From Candidatus Latescibacterota bacterium (GTDB taxonomy: Bacteria; Latescibacterota; UBA2968; UBA8231): a DNA stretch of 64,000 nt. Position numbers and translations under genes: made by a program. The notes under the pieces were generated by a model that saw nothing but the letters and a program-made list of their open reading frames with translations, searched no databases and was not told the origin of the DNA. The stretch is taken from contig CBDAOB010000002.1 of the NCBI GenBank assembly GCA_965197905.1, positions 399,595 through 463,594 on the forward strand, given 5' to 3'. Shown here piece by piece: positions 42,385-52,045 of the stretch (its first letter is position 1; every line of letters begins with the position of its first letter).

Positions 42385-42897
42385 TCAATTTCTCGTTCCA
42401 ATCTCTCTGGCCGGGACCCCCGCTGCGATTGCATACTCCCTCATATCTGAATTAACAACCGCTCCAGCGCCAATCTGGACTCCATGGCCAATATGTGTGC
42501 CGGGCAAGACGACTGCACCCGTACCAATATCACAGTCATCTTCGATGGTCACAGGTGAAAAAACAACCTCGTTGTGCAAAATTGGTTTCCTCAAATCGTC
42601 ACACTTGTGCGAAGAGGTAATTATCTTGACTCCCGGACCAATGCCGACATTACGACCAATCCACAATCCTCCTGCGCTATGAAAAAAACATTGTTGACCT
42701 ATCCATGTTCCGTCCCCGACGACCATTTTCTCATTGTAGTATCCCTTTAGAATGCTACAATGGCCAACATAGACGCCGCTTCCAATTTCTATGTTTTCGG
42801 GGTGAAAAACCAATACTCCGTTCTCAAATACAACGTCTTCGCCAAGTCTTGCAAATTGGGAAACAGAAAATTCGCCCGTTCCGTGACTATTCGTCAT
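42385..42897 (-). CDS. Hexapeptide-repeat acyltransferase
   Basis: Left-handed beta-helix repeats, IGAGAVV, AGVPAR; start overlaps the restored DegT stop (ATGA). Confidence 0.85.
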   Translation of the reverse strand: MTNSHGTGEFSVSQFARLGEDVVFENGVLVFHPENIEIGSGVYVGHCSILKGYYNEKMVVGDGTWIGQQCFFHSAGGLWIGRNVGIGPGVKIITSSHKCDDLRKPILHNEVVFSPVTIEDDCDIGTGAVVLPGTHIGHGVQIGAGAVVNSDMREYAIAAGVPAREIGTRN

Positions 42898-44000
42898 GCG
42901 ATATGGTTCTCTTTCGGCAACGCCTTTTCGATACATTTAGATATTTCTTCGATGTCCGTTGCCGACAATTTAGTGTGCAATGGCAAACAAATTCCCTGCT
43001 TGTATGCACGGGATGAATTTGGGAACGCTTTGCTGGTGTTGCGATAGCGACGCTACGCGCTTAGTGCGTAAGTCCCAATGGTAGCCTCGATCTCTAAATC
43101 TCTTAATGCTCTCAAAGTCCGATCGCGATCTTTATCTTCGTCGAGTAAGATTACATATGACTGCCAAACATGCCGTAAACCTTCCATTGCGAATGGACAT
43201 TCGATGCAGGCGACCCCAGCCAACAATTCACCGTATGAGCGAGCAAGTTCCGCTCGCCTACGAATGATACCTTCCAGTCGGGTCATCTGCACAGCACCTA
43301 GTGCTCCCTGCATGTCAGTCATTCGATAATTGAAACCAGGCATCTCCAGTCGGTTTTGCCCGTGAATTTGTGCCATTCCATGGTTACGTAATCGCGATAT
43401 CCGGCGAGCTATACCACGATCATTAGTTACCACCATTCCACCCTCTCCGGTTGTGATCGCTTTGCGAGGATGAAAGCTGAAGCAACCTACATTCCCCATC
43501 GATCCGCATTTGTACCCCTTGTACTCCGCTCCGAGAGCACAGGCAGCATCCTCGATTACCGACAGATCGTATTCTTCCGCAGTTTCGAAGATGGGGTCCA
43601 TATCAGCAGATTGGCCAAACAGATGGACCGGTATTATGGCCTTGGTTCTCTCGGTGACAGCTGGCCGAAGTTGACGAGCATCCATATTGAAGGAGGCCAT
43701 ATCAATATCTACCAGCACCGGCTTAGCTCCTACCAACTCCACGACATTCGCCGTCGCCGGAAAAGTGAAATCCGGTATGATTACTTCGTCTCCAAACCCG
43801 ATGTCAGAGGCCAACAAAGCGAGGTGCAACGCTGCCGTTCCAGAAGTTACGGCGTAGGCGTAGTCAGCACCGACATATTCTGCTACCAGCCGCTCGAATT
43901 GCTGCACATGTTCGCCTTGCACCAAATAGCCGGATCGCAAGACCGCTGTGACCGCCTGGATCTCCTCCTCGTGAATTTCCGGATCAGCCAAGCGGATCAT
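42894..44000 (-). pseudogene. DegT/DnrJ/EryC1/StrS aminotransferase with in-frame TAG at 43053-43055
   Basis: SGTAALH, EDAACALG, SFHPRKAITTGEGG; after the TAG the frame continues FPNSSRAYKQGICLPLH..., the normal family C-terminus. Confidence 0.85.
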
Positions 44001-44710
44001 TTCGCCATCCAATTTCGGTACCATTCTATCGTTCGTGACAAACCTTCTTCCAATTCGACCTTTGGCTCATATCCCAAAAGATTCCTTGCTTTGTCAATGT
44101 TGGGTACGCGTAACTCCACATCTGAAAAATCTATATTAACGAACGTAATCTTTGAAGTGGACCTGCTTAACCTAACGATCCTTCTAGCCAGATCGTATAT
44201 CGTACACACACTTCGAGGATTGCCAATATTAAACGCTTGGCCGACCGCTTCAGGTTTTTCCAGGCATAAAAGAACGCCCTCGACAATATCGTCTACGAAG
44301 CACCAAGCGCGAATCTGACTACCATCGTTGTGGATTTCCAGATCTTCATTGTTCAGCGCTCTAACGATAAATCTGTGGATCGCCCCTTCTCCTACTTGCC
44401 CCGGGCCATAGATATTGAACGGCCGAATAGACAGCGTGGGAAGGTCGTACTGTCCGTGATAGTTGTGAGTCAGGTGCTCCGTAGCCAGTTTGCTAACCGC
44501 ATACGTCCAACGAGCCTCCCCCACTGCGCCCAGACTCGTAACATCGCCTTCACTGACTTTATACGCGTAGGCACCAAATACCTCGCTGGTCGAAAAATCA
44601 ACGACCCTTTCTAGATGCTGCTCCTGTAGGGCCGCCTCCAGCACATTGTAGGTACCAATTAGATTTACCTTCATGGTCGTCGTAGGCATTTTGAGCACCG
44701 TATCCACCCA
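43997..44710 (-). pseudogene. NAD-dependent epimerase/dehydratase lacking its N-terminal Rossmann motif
   Basis: VDTVLKMP..MKVNLIGTYN, STSEVFG, YAVSK, RPFNIYGPGQ present; no GxxGxxG upstream. Confidence 0.8.
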
Positions 44711-45053
44711 TCTCTTCGGGGACCAAATTCGATACATTCTGATAGAATGCGAATACGGTCCCAACCACGAGAGCCAACGCACTCAAGACGACAATCTGCC
44801 TCTTTTCGTCGTAGGCAACTTTGAGGGTGATAAGCTTGACTTGCTCAATGCTACGGGAGGACAGACATCCGATTATCGTCCCGCTGATTGCCGTGTATAA
44901 AATTAGGATTATGGGTTTGTTCGAGTTACTCGTCGCGCCCGTGTACCAAATTGCCGACAACCAGAGGACTTGGAGGGAGACCATAGCGACCGGCAAATGA
45001 ATCGAACTGCGCGCGGATTCGAAAAGGGATGGGAGATTAATGCGATTGTCCAC
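44711..45053 (-). pseudogene. 5' fragment of a multi-TM membrane protein truncated by a deletion
   Basis: Three hydrophobic segments, then an abrupt out-of-frame join to the epimerase fragment. Confidence 0.5.
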
Positions 45054-45139
45054 AGCTAGGTTCGATCCCGAACTAAATCCCTTTGCTCGTTTTGTAGCCG
45101 AACTGCCCGAATCGAAAGAGATTTCAACGACACTTGGGC

Positions 45140-45170
45140 AAAAAAAGAGTCACGCTGAACTGCGTGACTC
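45140..45170 (-). terminator. Intrinsic terminator after tRNA-Leu
   Basis: GAGTCACGC-AGTTCA-GCGTGACTC followed by TTTTTTT. Confidence 0.8.
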
Positions 45171-45186
45171 CCTATCAGGTCATCTG

Positions 45187-45273
45187 TGGTGCCGAAGCGG
45201 GGACTCGAACCCCGACGCCCGTAAAGGCACTGCCCCCTCAAGACAGCGTGTCTACCAGTTTCACCACTTCGGC
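45187..45273 (-). tRNA. tRNA-Leu(GAG)
   Basis: GCCGAAG/CTTCGGC acceptor stem, CTGTC-TTGAGGG-GGCAG arm, long variable arm, ACCA; usual position after secG. Confidence 0.95.
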
Positions 45274-45279
45274 CCAGGG

Positions 45280-45711
45280 TCAGGGCGACTGCTCGGCTGC
45301 CGTCTCACCTTCGGCATCGGACCCTTCCGCCCCTTCGGCATCCTCGTCGCCTTGCGATTCACTTTCGTCGGTCGCCGGCTCGTCCAGAAAACCTGCCCCC
45401 TCGTTGAGCAGTGGCGACGGCGAGGGAAAGCCGCGCTCCTCCAACATCCGCTCAGTAGCGGAGGTCGGCACGTCTCCAGAATCGTAGGTAACGGCCTGAA
45501 GCAAGCAACTCAACATGAACACAGTCGCCAATACCGCCGTTGTCTTTGTCAGAAAGGTGCTGGCAGATCGCCCCCCGAGAACAGATGAGGAGCTGAGACC
45601 TCCGCCAATCGAACTTGCAAGACCGCCTCCCTTGCCCGACTGCAGAAGTACCGCAATTATCAGCAAGAAACTTATGAGTGTGTGAAAAATGGTTACTAGA
45701 ACATCCACCAC
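45280..45711 (-). CDS. secG: Preprotein translocase subunit SecG
   Basis: VLLQSGKGGGLA...FLTKTTAVLATVF; acidic tail. Confidence 0.92.
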   Translation of the reverse strand: MVDVLVTIFHTLISFLLIIAVLLQSGKGGGLASSIGGGLSSSSVLGGRSASTFLTKTTAVLATVFMLSCLLQAVTYDSGDVPTSATERMLEERGFPSPSPLLNEGAGFLDEPATDESESQGDEDAEGAEGSDAEGETAAEQSP

Positions 45712-45713
45712 GA

Positions 45714-46472
45714 TCAGGCCGCTTTCACGATTTCTGCGAAGTCATTCGCGTTGAGGGACGCCCCGCCGATCAATCCACCATCGATGTCGGGACATGCAAA
45801 TAGCTCGGCTGCGTTTTCCGGTTTGACACTACCGCCGTATTGGATTCGAACATCCTGCGCAACATCTGCCCCTACGGTTTCGCCGAGAAACTCCCGGATC
45901 AGCCCATGAATCTCGGCAGCCTGATCCGCTGTGGCGGTCTTTCCGGTCCCGATCGCCCACACTGGCTCGTAGGCCAAAACAACACGAGCGGCTTCCGCGG
46001 GTTCCACCCCTCGCAATGCCGCTCCTATTTGCCCCAATACAACCGTTTCGGTATCTCCGGCGTCCCGCTGGTCTAGCGTTTCACCGATGCAAACGATCGG
46101 ATTCAATCCGGCGGCTAAAGCCGTTATCAGCTTGGTATTTACGTCCGAATCTACCTCACCGAAAAGCTGGCGTCGCTCAGAATGGCCTAATATAAGATAG
46201 GTGCATCCACTGGTCAAGATCATGCCGGGGGAGATTTCTCCCGTAAAAGCACCGCAATCGTCGGCATGCATGTTCTGGGCGCCCAGCTCGATGGAGCTCT
46301 GCTCGATGACCGAATGGACGGAGGCCAAAGAGGTAAACGGAGGGCAAACTACCACATCGCGATCCTCGGTGCAGCCACCCAACATGAAAACTAAATCGGT
46401 CGCCAGTTCGGCTGCTTCGGGTGCGGTAAGGTTCATCTTCCAGTTTCCTGCAACGATGGGACGTCGGCTCAT
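45714..46472 (-). CDS. tpiA: Triosephosphate isomerase
   Basis: AGNWKMN, GHSERR, AYEPVWAIGTG, YGGSVK, GGLIGGAS. Confidence 0.97.
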   Translation of the reverse strand: MSRRPIVAGNWKMNLTAPEAAELATDLVFMLGGCTEDRDVVVCPPFTSLASVHSVIEQSSIELGAQNMHADDCGAFTGEISPGMILTSGCTYLILGHSERRQLFGEVDSDVNTKLITALAAGLNPIVCIGETLDQRDAGDTETVVLGQIGAALRGVEPAEAARVVLAYEPVWAIGTGKTATADQAAEIHGLIREFLGETVGADVAQDVRIQYGGSVKPENAAELFACPDIDGGLIGGASLNANDFAEIVKAA

Positions 46473-47671
46473 TCGAATTTCTCCGAAAGGGCGGCCACTC
46501 CAGGGAGAATCCGACCGCTCAGGCACTCGAGGGAGGCGCCACCGCCCGTCGAAATATGTGTCATTTTTTCGGTCAGACCGACCTGTTTGACGGCCGCCAC
46601 CGTATCGCCTCCCCCGATAATACTGGTGCAGCCGCCGTCGGTGGCCGCAGCCACAGCACTGGCGACCTCTCTGCTGCCGCGTGAGAATGGTTCGATTTCG
46701 AATATTCCCATGGGGCCGTTCCAGATGACGGTTCGTGAGCGTTGGATTTGGTTGGCAAACTGCTCGCAAGTCCGCGGGCCGATGTCGACGCCGCGCCATT
46801 CTTCTGGAAATGACTTTGAAGATACCGCTTTGGTAGTCGCATCCGCTTGAATCTCCTCCACGGCAACGGCATCGCTGGGCAAGAGGATAGGAGTCCTTTT
46901 CGCCTGCGAAGACTTCAAGATTTTCGCCGCCGTGCCAATATGGTCTTCTTCCACCAGAGACTTGCCAACCGGAAGGTTCTGAGCTCGCAAGAATGTGAAC
47001 GACATCGCTCCTCCAATAAGCAAGCAATCTACCTTGTCTAGCAGATGGGCAATCAGCTCGATCTTGTCTGACACCTTCGAACCACCTAGAATCGCCGTAA
47101 ACGGCTTTGCCGGATTGTGCGTTGTTTCGCTGAGAAACCGAATCTCACGTTCCATCAGCAGACCGCTAACCGACGTTCCCATGAAGTGAGTAATGCCCTC
47201 GATCGAAGCATGGGCACGGTGCGCGGATCCAAAGGCATCGTTGACATAGATATCGCCGAGGCTGGCAAGTTCACGCGAGAAATTGGAATCGTTGGATTCC
47301 TCGCCAGGGTGAAATCTCAGATTTTCGAGGAGCAGTAGCTCTCCCCGTCTCATTGAGGACAGAAGCTCTCGTAGCTTTTGCCCGTTGCAGTCGGGTGCCA
47401 GGCGGACGGACGAACCCAGCAATCTCTGCAGAACCGGGACGACCGGGGTCAGGGAAAAGGCGTCGACTTTCTTTCCTTTGGGTCGCCCCAGATGGGACAT
47501 CGCGACGACGCTTGCGCATTCATTCAAAAGCAGCTTCAAGGTCGGAACAGCTGCCTCGATTCGAGTGGAATCAGCTACCGCCTGCGTTTCGTCGAGGGGC
47601 ACGTTGAGATCGAGGCGGACAACCGCCCGCAAGTTCGTTAAGTCGATATCATTGACGGAGAGTTTTGCCAC
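46469..47671 (-). CDS. pgk: Phosphoglycerate kinase
   Basis: RLDLNVP, SHLGRP, LENLRF, NDAFGSAHRAHAS, WNGPMG, STGGGASLE. Confidence 0.97.
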   Translation of the reverse strand: MAKLSVNDIDLTNLRAVVRLDLNVPLDETQAVADSTRIEAAVPTLKLLLNECASVVAMSHLGRPKGKKVDAFSLTPVVPVLQRLLGSSVRLAPDCNGQKLRELLSSMRRGELLLLENLRFHPGEESNDSNFSRELASLGDIYVNDAFGSAHRAHASIEGITHFMGTSVSGLLMEREIRFLSETTHNPAKPFTAILGGSKVSDKIELIAHLLDKVDCLLIGGAMSFTFLRAQNLPVGKSLVEEDHIGTAAKILKSSQAKRTPILLPSDAVAVEEIQADATTKAVSSKSFPEEWRGVDIGPRTCEQFANQIQRSRTVIWNGPMGIFEIEPFSRGSREVASAVAAATDGGCTSIIGGGDTVAAVKQVGLTEKMTHISTGGGASLECLSGRILPGVAALSEKFE

Positions 47672-47704
47672 AGAACACAACAAAACGTGGGAAGGTAAGG
47701 AAGG

Positions 47705-48445
47705 TCAAGAGTCCAAACTCCTTGGCGCCGTCGCGATGGCGAGTCCGCAGACCGACTCCGCCCCGTTTTCCATGAGGATGCGAGCGCAGCTGCTCATGGT
47801 AGATCCCGTTGTGATGACATCGTCCACCAGGCCGACACTTGCGCCGACCCGGGCCCCTCCCTTCCATACGAAAGCCTCTTTCATGTTGCGTCGCCGGGAT
47901 TCCATGTCCAGGCTTGCCTGTTGGCGCGTTTGTATCTTACGCTGGATCAGATCGGCGCGCACCTTGAGATTCCAGACCTCGCTGATGCCGAGGCAGATAT
48001 AGTCGCTCTGATTGTACCCTCGTTCCCGCTTGCGCGCTGGGTGCAGAGGTACCGGCACGAGCACGTCTATTTGCTGCATGAGCTCCGCAAACTCGGGGCT
48101 GCTGCCAAGCCGGCGGCCGCACTCGCGTCCAAGCTCCGTTTGGTGTTTGAATTTTAGGGCGAGGACGGCATTCCTGAGTGTTCCCTCGAAGTTGCCCAAC
48201 ACGCAGCTGCGTTGGAGCGCGGCGTCCCAGTCACGACAGATTGGGCATGAGTCTACCGTCGTATTCGAAGGACTGCTGCAACGTACGCACCGGACTTGAG
48301 AAATCCGTCCCACATCCGTCCGACAAACTTCACAGAGAATGATATTCGTTTCCAGCGGACCCGCGCAGGCCGGACACTGGGGGGGATATACGAAGTCCAG
48401 CAAACATCTTCCGAGATGAGGCACGAGGCGGGTTCGTGAAACCAT
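47705..48445 (-). CDS. comF: ComF family protein
   Basis: Double zinc ribbon, PVPLHPARKRERGYNQ, LVDDVITTGST. Confidence 0.9.
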   Translation of the reverse strand: MVSRTRLVPHLGRCLLDFVYPPQCPACAGPLETNIILCEVCRTDVGRISQVRCVRCSSPSNTTVDSCPICRDWDAALQRSCVLGNFEGTLRNAVLALKFKHQTELGRECGRRLGSSPEFAELMQQIDVLVPVPLHPARKRERGYNQSDYICLGISEVWNLKVRADLIQRKIQTRQQASLDMESRRRNMKEAFVWKGGARVGASVGLVDDVITTGSTMSSCARILMENGAESVCGLAIATAPRSLDS

Positions 48446-48561
48446 TTCTACACAAGGACGGGATGGCGAGCAGTCAACGATTAGCGGCCGAGGGCCCGGA
48501 ACTGTTGAATCACAACGAATTTCGTGCCATCCGTGGGCTCCAAAGGCCCCCGCGCGCCTAG

Positions 48562-48597
48562 AACAGAAAACGGCCGAACCCATGTAGGATTCAGCCG
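48562..48597 (-). terminator. Intrinsic terminator after the small sigma-28 gene
   Basis: CGGCTGAATCC-TACAT-GGGTTCGGCCG followed by TTTTCTGTT. Confidence 0.65.
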
Positions 48598-48637
48598 TGG
48601 TATGACTATGGATATTGAGCCCGAGGATTGAGGACGA

Positions 48638-48793
48638 TCAGGCCACCAGGTCGATCAGCGCTTTCGCATCCTGGTGTTCGCGCTGACGCCCGTCGTCATC
48701 GTCGTGCTTCTCACGTTTTCGCCGCTCCCTACCCTGCTGCCTGGCTAGGGCATCGTTCGTGCGCAGAAAGTCTGCCTCGATCCGGTAGATCAT
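48638..48793 (-). CDS. 51-aa highly charged small protein
   Basis: AAGGAGG RBS 6 nt before ATG, own promoter and terminator; MIYRIEADF...KALIDLVA. Confidence 0.7.
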   Translation of the reverse strand: MIYRIEADFLRTNDALARQQGRERRKREKHDDDDGRQREHQDAKALIDLVA

Positions 48794-48871
48794 TGGTAAC
48801 CTCCTTGTTACCTTTGCCTTCCGTGGCCCAACAACTCGAAGGGAAGTCAACCCTTCAGCTTCCTGTTCATA

Positions 48872-48898
48872 TTATCGGCAGAACCCGACATCCCTTTC
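48872..48898 (-). promoter_or_regulatory. Putative sigma-28 (FliA) promoter
   Basis: GAAA-N15-GCCGATAA versus consensus TAAA-N15-GCCGATAA. Confidence 0.65.
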
Positions 48899-49022
48899 AC
48901 CATCCCCCAGATCATGAGGTCCGGCTCACCCTCTTGCGTCCCTACCTTGATTTTCGTATGTCCTTATAAATGCTACATTTAGCAAATTAACGTTCACGAT
49001 TGGAATCGGATTGTGAAAATCT

Positions 49023-51926
49023 ATGTCTATTAAAAACAATGTCTTAACCTATGCATTGAGCGTCCTGGCTGCCGCCGTTCCGCTCCGAGCCGAATACACC
49101 CTGGTGCATCCCCCTCGGGCCGACGATCCCATGAGCGTCCATGTCTATCGTCTTGATAATGGACTGACGGTCTATCTGAGTGAAAACCACCAGGAGCCGC
49201 GATTCTACGGAGAGATCCTCGTCCGTGCCGGCAGCAAACACGATCCCAGCGACGCCACAGGTATCGCTCACTATCTGGAGCACATGCTGTTCAAGGGGTC
49301 GGGTCGCATCGGAACCCTCGATTACGAGAGCGAGAAAAAACACCTCGATCGTATCGTCGCGTTGTACGAGGAACATTTCACTGAGCAATTTGAACCGCGC
49401 CGACAGGAGATCTACGCCGAGATCAATCGCGAGGCGCAGGAGGCCGCACAGTTCGCCATTCCCAATGAGCTCGACCGTATCTACACCGCCATGGGGGAGC
49501 GGGCGCTGAACGCCCACACCTGGCTCGAAGAAACCGTCTACAAAGTGGATTTACCTTCGAATCGCTTCGATCATTGGGCAAAGGTAGAGTCGGAACGTTT
49601 TGCGGATCCCGTTTTCCGTCTGTTCCAAACCGAGCTTGAGACCGTTTACGAAGAGAAGAACCGGTCGATGGACGACAAAGGCCGCGTAATTCGAGCTGCT
49701 GTCGCACGCCAGCTTTACAAGAATCATCCCTACGGAAATACGACCCTTGGTTCGGTGGAGCATCTGAAGAATCCGTCGTTGGAACGCATGTACGAGTTTT
49801 ACCGGACCTACTACGTTCCCGGAAATATGGCAATCGCCATCTCGGGTGACATCAACATAGCCGACGCCATTGAGCGCATCGATATCGAGTTTTCGAGATG
49901 GGCGCCGGCACAGGTCCAACCAGAGCCAAAATGGAAGGAAGCCGACCTCAAAGAGATCGAGCGGATCTCGGTGCCGTATCGTGGTGAGGAGTACGTATTG
50001 CTGGCTTTTCGCACTGCCCCTGGGGGCAACAAAGATGCGGAAGCTCTCGAAATGCTCGACATGATTCTGGATAACTCGGTTGCCGGCCTAATCAATCTGA
50101 ATCTCAATCAACAGCAGCGCGTCCGGCAGGCAGGTGCATATCCGTGGTTGAACAACGACTACGGCGCGCAGTACCTGTGGGGCATACCGAAGGAGGGGCA
50201 GTCTCTAAAGGAAGTCGAAGGCTTGCTGACCGAACAGATTGAGCTCATCAAGCGAGGGGACTTCGAAGACTGGATCATTCCCGCAATCATCACTGACTTC
50301 GAGAAACGACACAAGGAAAAACTGGAAGGAAACGGTCCGCGGGTCAGTTTGATGCGTGACGCCTTCATATCCCGCACAGATTGGAAGAAGGCCACCAAGA
50401 AATTGGAACGCATGGGCAAGGTCAAGAAAAAGCATGTCGTAAAAGCGGCAAAGAAGTACTTCAAGGGAGCGTACGTTGCAGGGTACCGGATTGATGGCGA
50501 ACCCGATATTCCGACCATGCAAAAACCCGAGCTGGACACCATAGAAATCGACGCATCACGGAAGTCGGCATTCTTCAGCCATATCATGGGATTGCCGTAC
50601 AATGAGATCGATCCCGTCTACGTGGTCCCTGGCCGCGACTACGTAGTGAAAAACGTGCGGGACGGCGTGAAACTCTACTACGCCCATAATCCACTAAACG
50701 ATCTCTTTGCGCTGTCGATCAACGTGGATTTTGGCACTCTTGCCGACAAGCGACTGGCCGTAGCACGGGAATTGATGGACAAGTCAGGCACTGATCTGGT
50801 AGACGCACAGGAACTGAAGAAGGAGTGGTACAAACTGGGCACCGATTTCAACCTGTCCGTTGGAGACCACGAATCAACCATGTCGATTTCGGGACTGGGC
50901 GGCAACCTCGCCGCGTCATTTACCCAGCTGTTGACGTTTGTTCGCGCACCCGTCGCTGACGAAACTTCGTTGGAGAATCTGAAACAGATCATCTTGAAAA
51001 AACGTGCCGACGCGATGAAGGACAATCGCGCCCTGTTTCACGCGTTACACCGATACAATCGCTATGGCGATTCCTCGCCGTATCGAAGAGTACCAACGAA
51101 CGAGGAACTGCTGAGTCTTACAATGAAAGAGCTTCACGAGCTCTTTAGCAGCCTCTTGGCGTACGAACAGAGCATTACTTACGTCGGTTCGAAATCGCTG
51201 GATGAAGTGATGGGCTTGTTGCAACAAGGATACGTGGGCGTTGGCAATCTCAGAAGCCCGCCGCAGTACCAGGTCCTCACGCCGCGGGTACCGGACGAAA
51301 CGGAAATCTACTTCCTCCACAAGGAGATGGCCCAGGCCCTCGTCCGAATCGAATACGGAGGTGAGGATTACGTTGAGAGCAGACGACCGGCGATTGACCT
51401 ATTCAATGATTACTTCTACGGAGGAATGGCAGGAATCGTCTTCCAGGAGTTACGCGAAGCCCGCGCCCTCGCCTATTCGGTTTACGCCAAGTATTTCACC
51501 GGTGAAAGGAAGGCAGAACCTAGCGTTATGGTGGGTTTCATCGGATGCCAGGCCGATAAAACGGCCGAGGCACTCGGCGTGTTCGTGAAGCTGATCGACG
51601 ATCTGCCGAAGTCCAACGAGCGTTTCGCCGCAGCCAAACGTTCACTGGAGAATCAATATCGGACATCGAGGTTGGGTTTCAGGCAGGTCCTGCCCGCGGT
51701 GCGGAAGTGGGAGCGACAGGAGGTTCCGGTGGATCCGAGGGCTTGGCGATTTGAGCAGATCCGTGGAGCTTCAATGGAGAAGGTTCTGGAGTTTCATACG
51801 GAACACGTTGGTGGGCGGGCGAAACTGGTGTCGATTGTGGGGGACAAGGAGAAGGTTAGTTTGGAGGGATTGGCGGCTTCGGGGAAAGTGTCTGAGTTGC
51901 TGGTCGAGGATTTGTTCGGATATTGA
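49023..51926 (+). CDS. M16 (insulinase) family zinc peptidase, secreted
   Basis: LDNGLTVY, AGSKHDP..TGIAHYLEHMLFKG (HxxEH), FQELREARALAYS. Confidence 0.92.
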   Translation: MSIKNNVLTYALSVLAAAVPLRAEYTLVHPPRADDPMSVHVYRLDNGLTVYLSENHQEPRFYGEILVRAGSKHDPSDATGIAHYLEHMLFKGSGRIGTLDYESEKKHLDRIVALYEEHFTEQFEPRRQEIYAEINREAQEAAQFAIPNELDRIYTAMGERALNAHTWLEETVYKVDLPSNRFDHWAKVESERFADPVFRLFQTELETVYEEKNRSMDDKGRVIRAAVARQLYKNHPYGNTTLGSVEHLKNPSLERMYEFYRTYYVPGNMAIAISGDINIADAIERIDIEFSRWAPAQVQPEPKWKEADLKEIERISVPYRGEEYVLLAFRTAPGGNKDAEALEMLDMILDNSVAGLINLNLNQQQRVRQAGAYPWLNNDYGAQYLWGIPKEGQSLKEVEGLLTEQIELIKRGDFEDWIIPAIITDFEKRHKEKLEGNGPRVSLMRDAFISRTDWKKATKKLERMGKVKKKHVVKAAKKYFKGAYVAGYRIDGEPDIPTMQKPELDTIEIDASRKSAFFSHIMGLPYNEIDPVYVVPGRDYVVKNVRDGVKLYYAHNPLNDLFALSINVDFGTLADKRLAVARELMDKSGTDLVDAQELKKEWYKLGTDFNLSVGDHESTMSISGLGGNLAASFTQLLTFVRAPVADETSLENLKQIILKKRADAMKDNRALFHALHRYNRYGDSSPYRRVPTNEELLSLTMKELHELFSSLLAYEQSITYVGSKSLDEVMGLLQQGYVGVGNLRSPPQYQVLTPRVPDETEIYFLHKEMAQALVRIEYGGEDYVESRRPAIDLFNDYFYGGMAGIVFQELREARALAYSVYAKYFTGERKAEPSVMVGFIGCQADKTAEALGVFVKLIDDLPKSNERFAAAKRSLENQYRTSRLGFRQVLPAVRKWERQEVPVDPRAWRFEQIRGASMEKVLEFHTEHVGGRAKLVSIVGDKEKVSLEGLAASGKVSELLVEDLFGY

Positions 51927-52045
51927 TTCGCCTGAGCGCTAAAGTCCAGATTTGTGGCTGGGCGATGAGGTTCCTTCAGGCAGGACTTGCAGCCATACGG
52001 TCAGATAGTTGCTATCACCGCGAATCTTGGCAACGCTTCGCGGTA

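Noticed and set aside
39926..43055. Stop-to-Gln recoding, since in-frame TAA and TAG fall at expected Gln positions
   Set aside because: TAG and TAA end intact genes normally (fliG, hflX, rfbF, def); C-to-T nonsense mutations in a decaying cluster explain it more simply
46473..47027. 437-aa TpiA with a long N-terminal extension
   Set aside because: The extension overlaps pgk in another frame; the true start is at 46472 (ATGA overlap)
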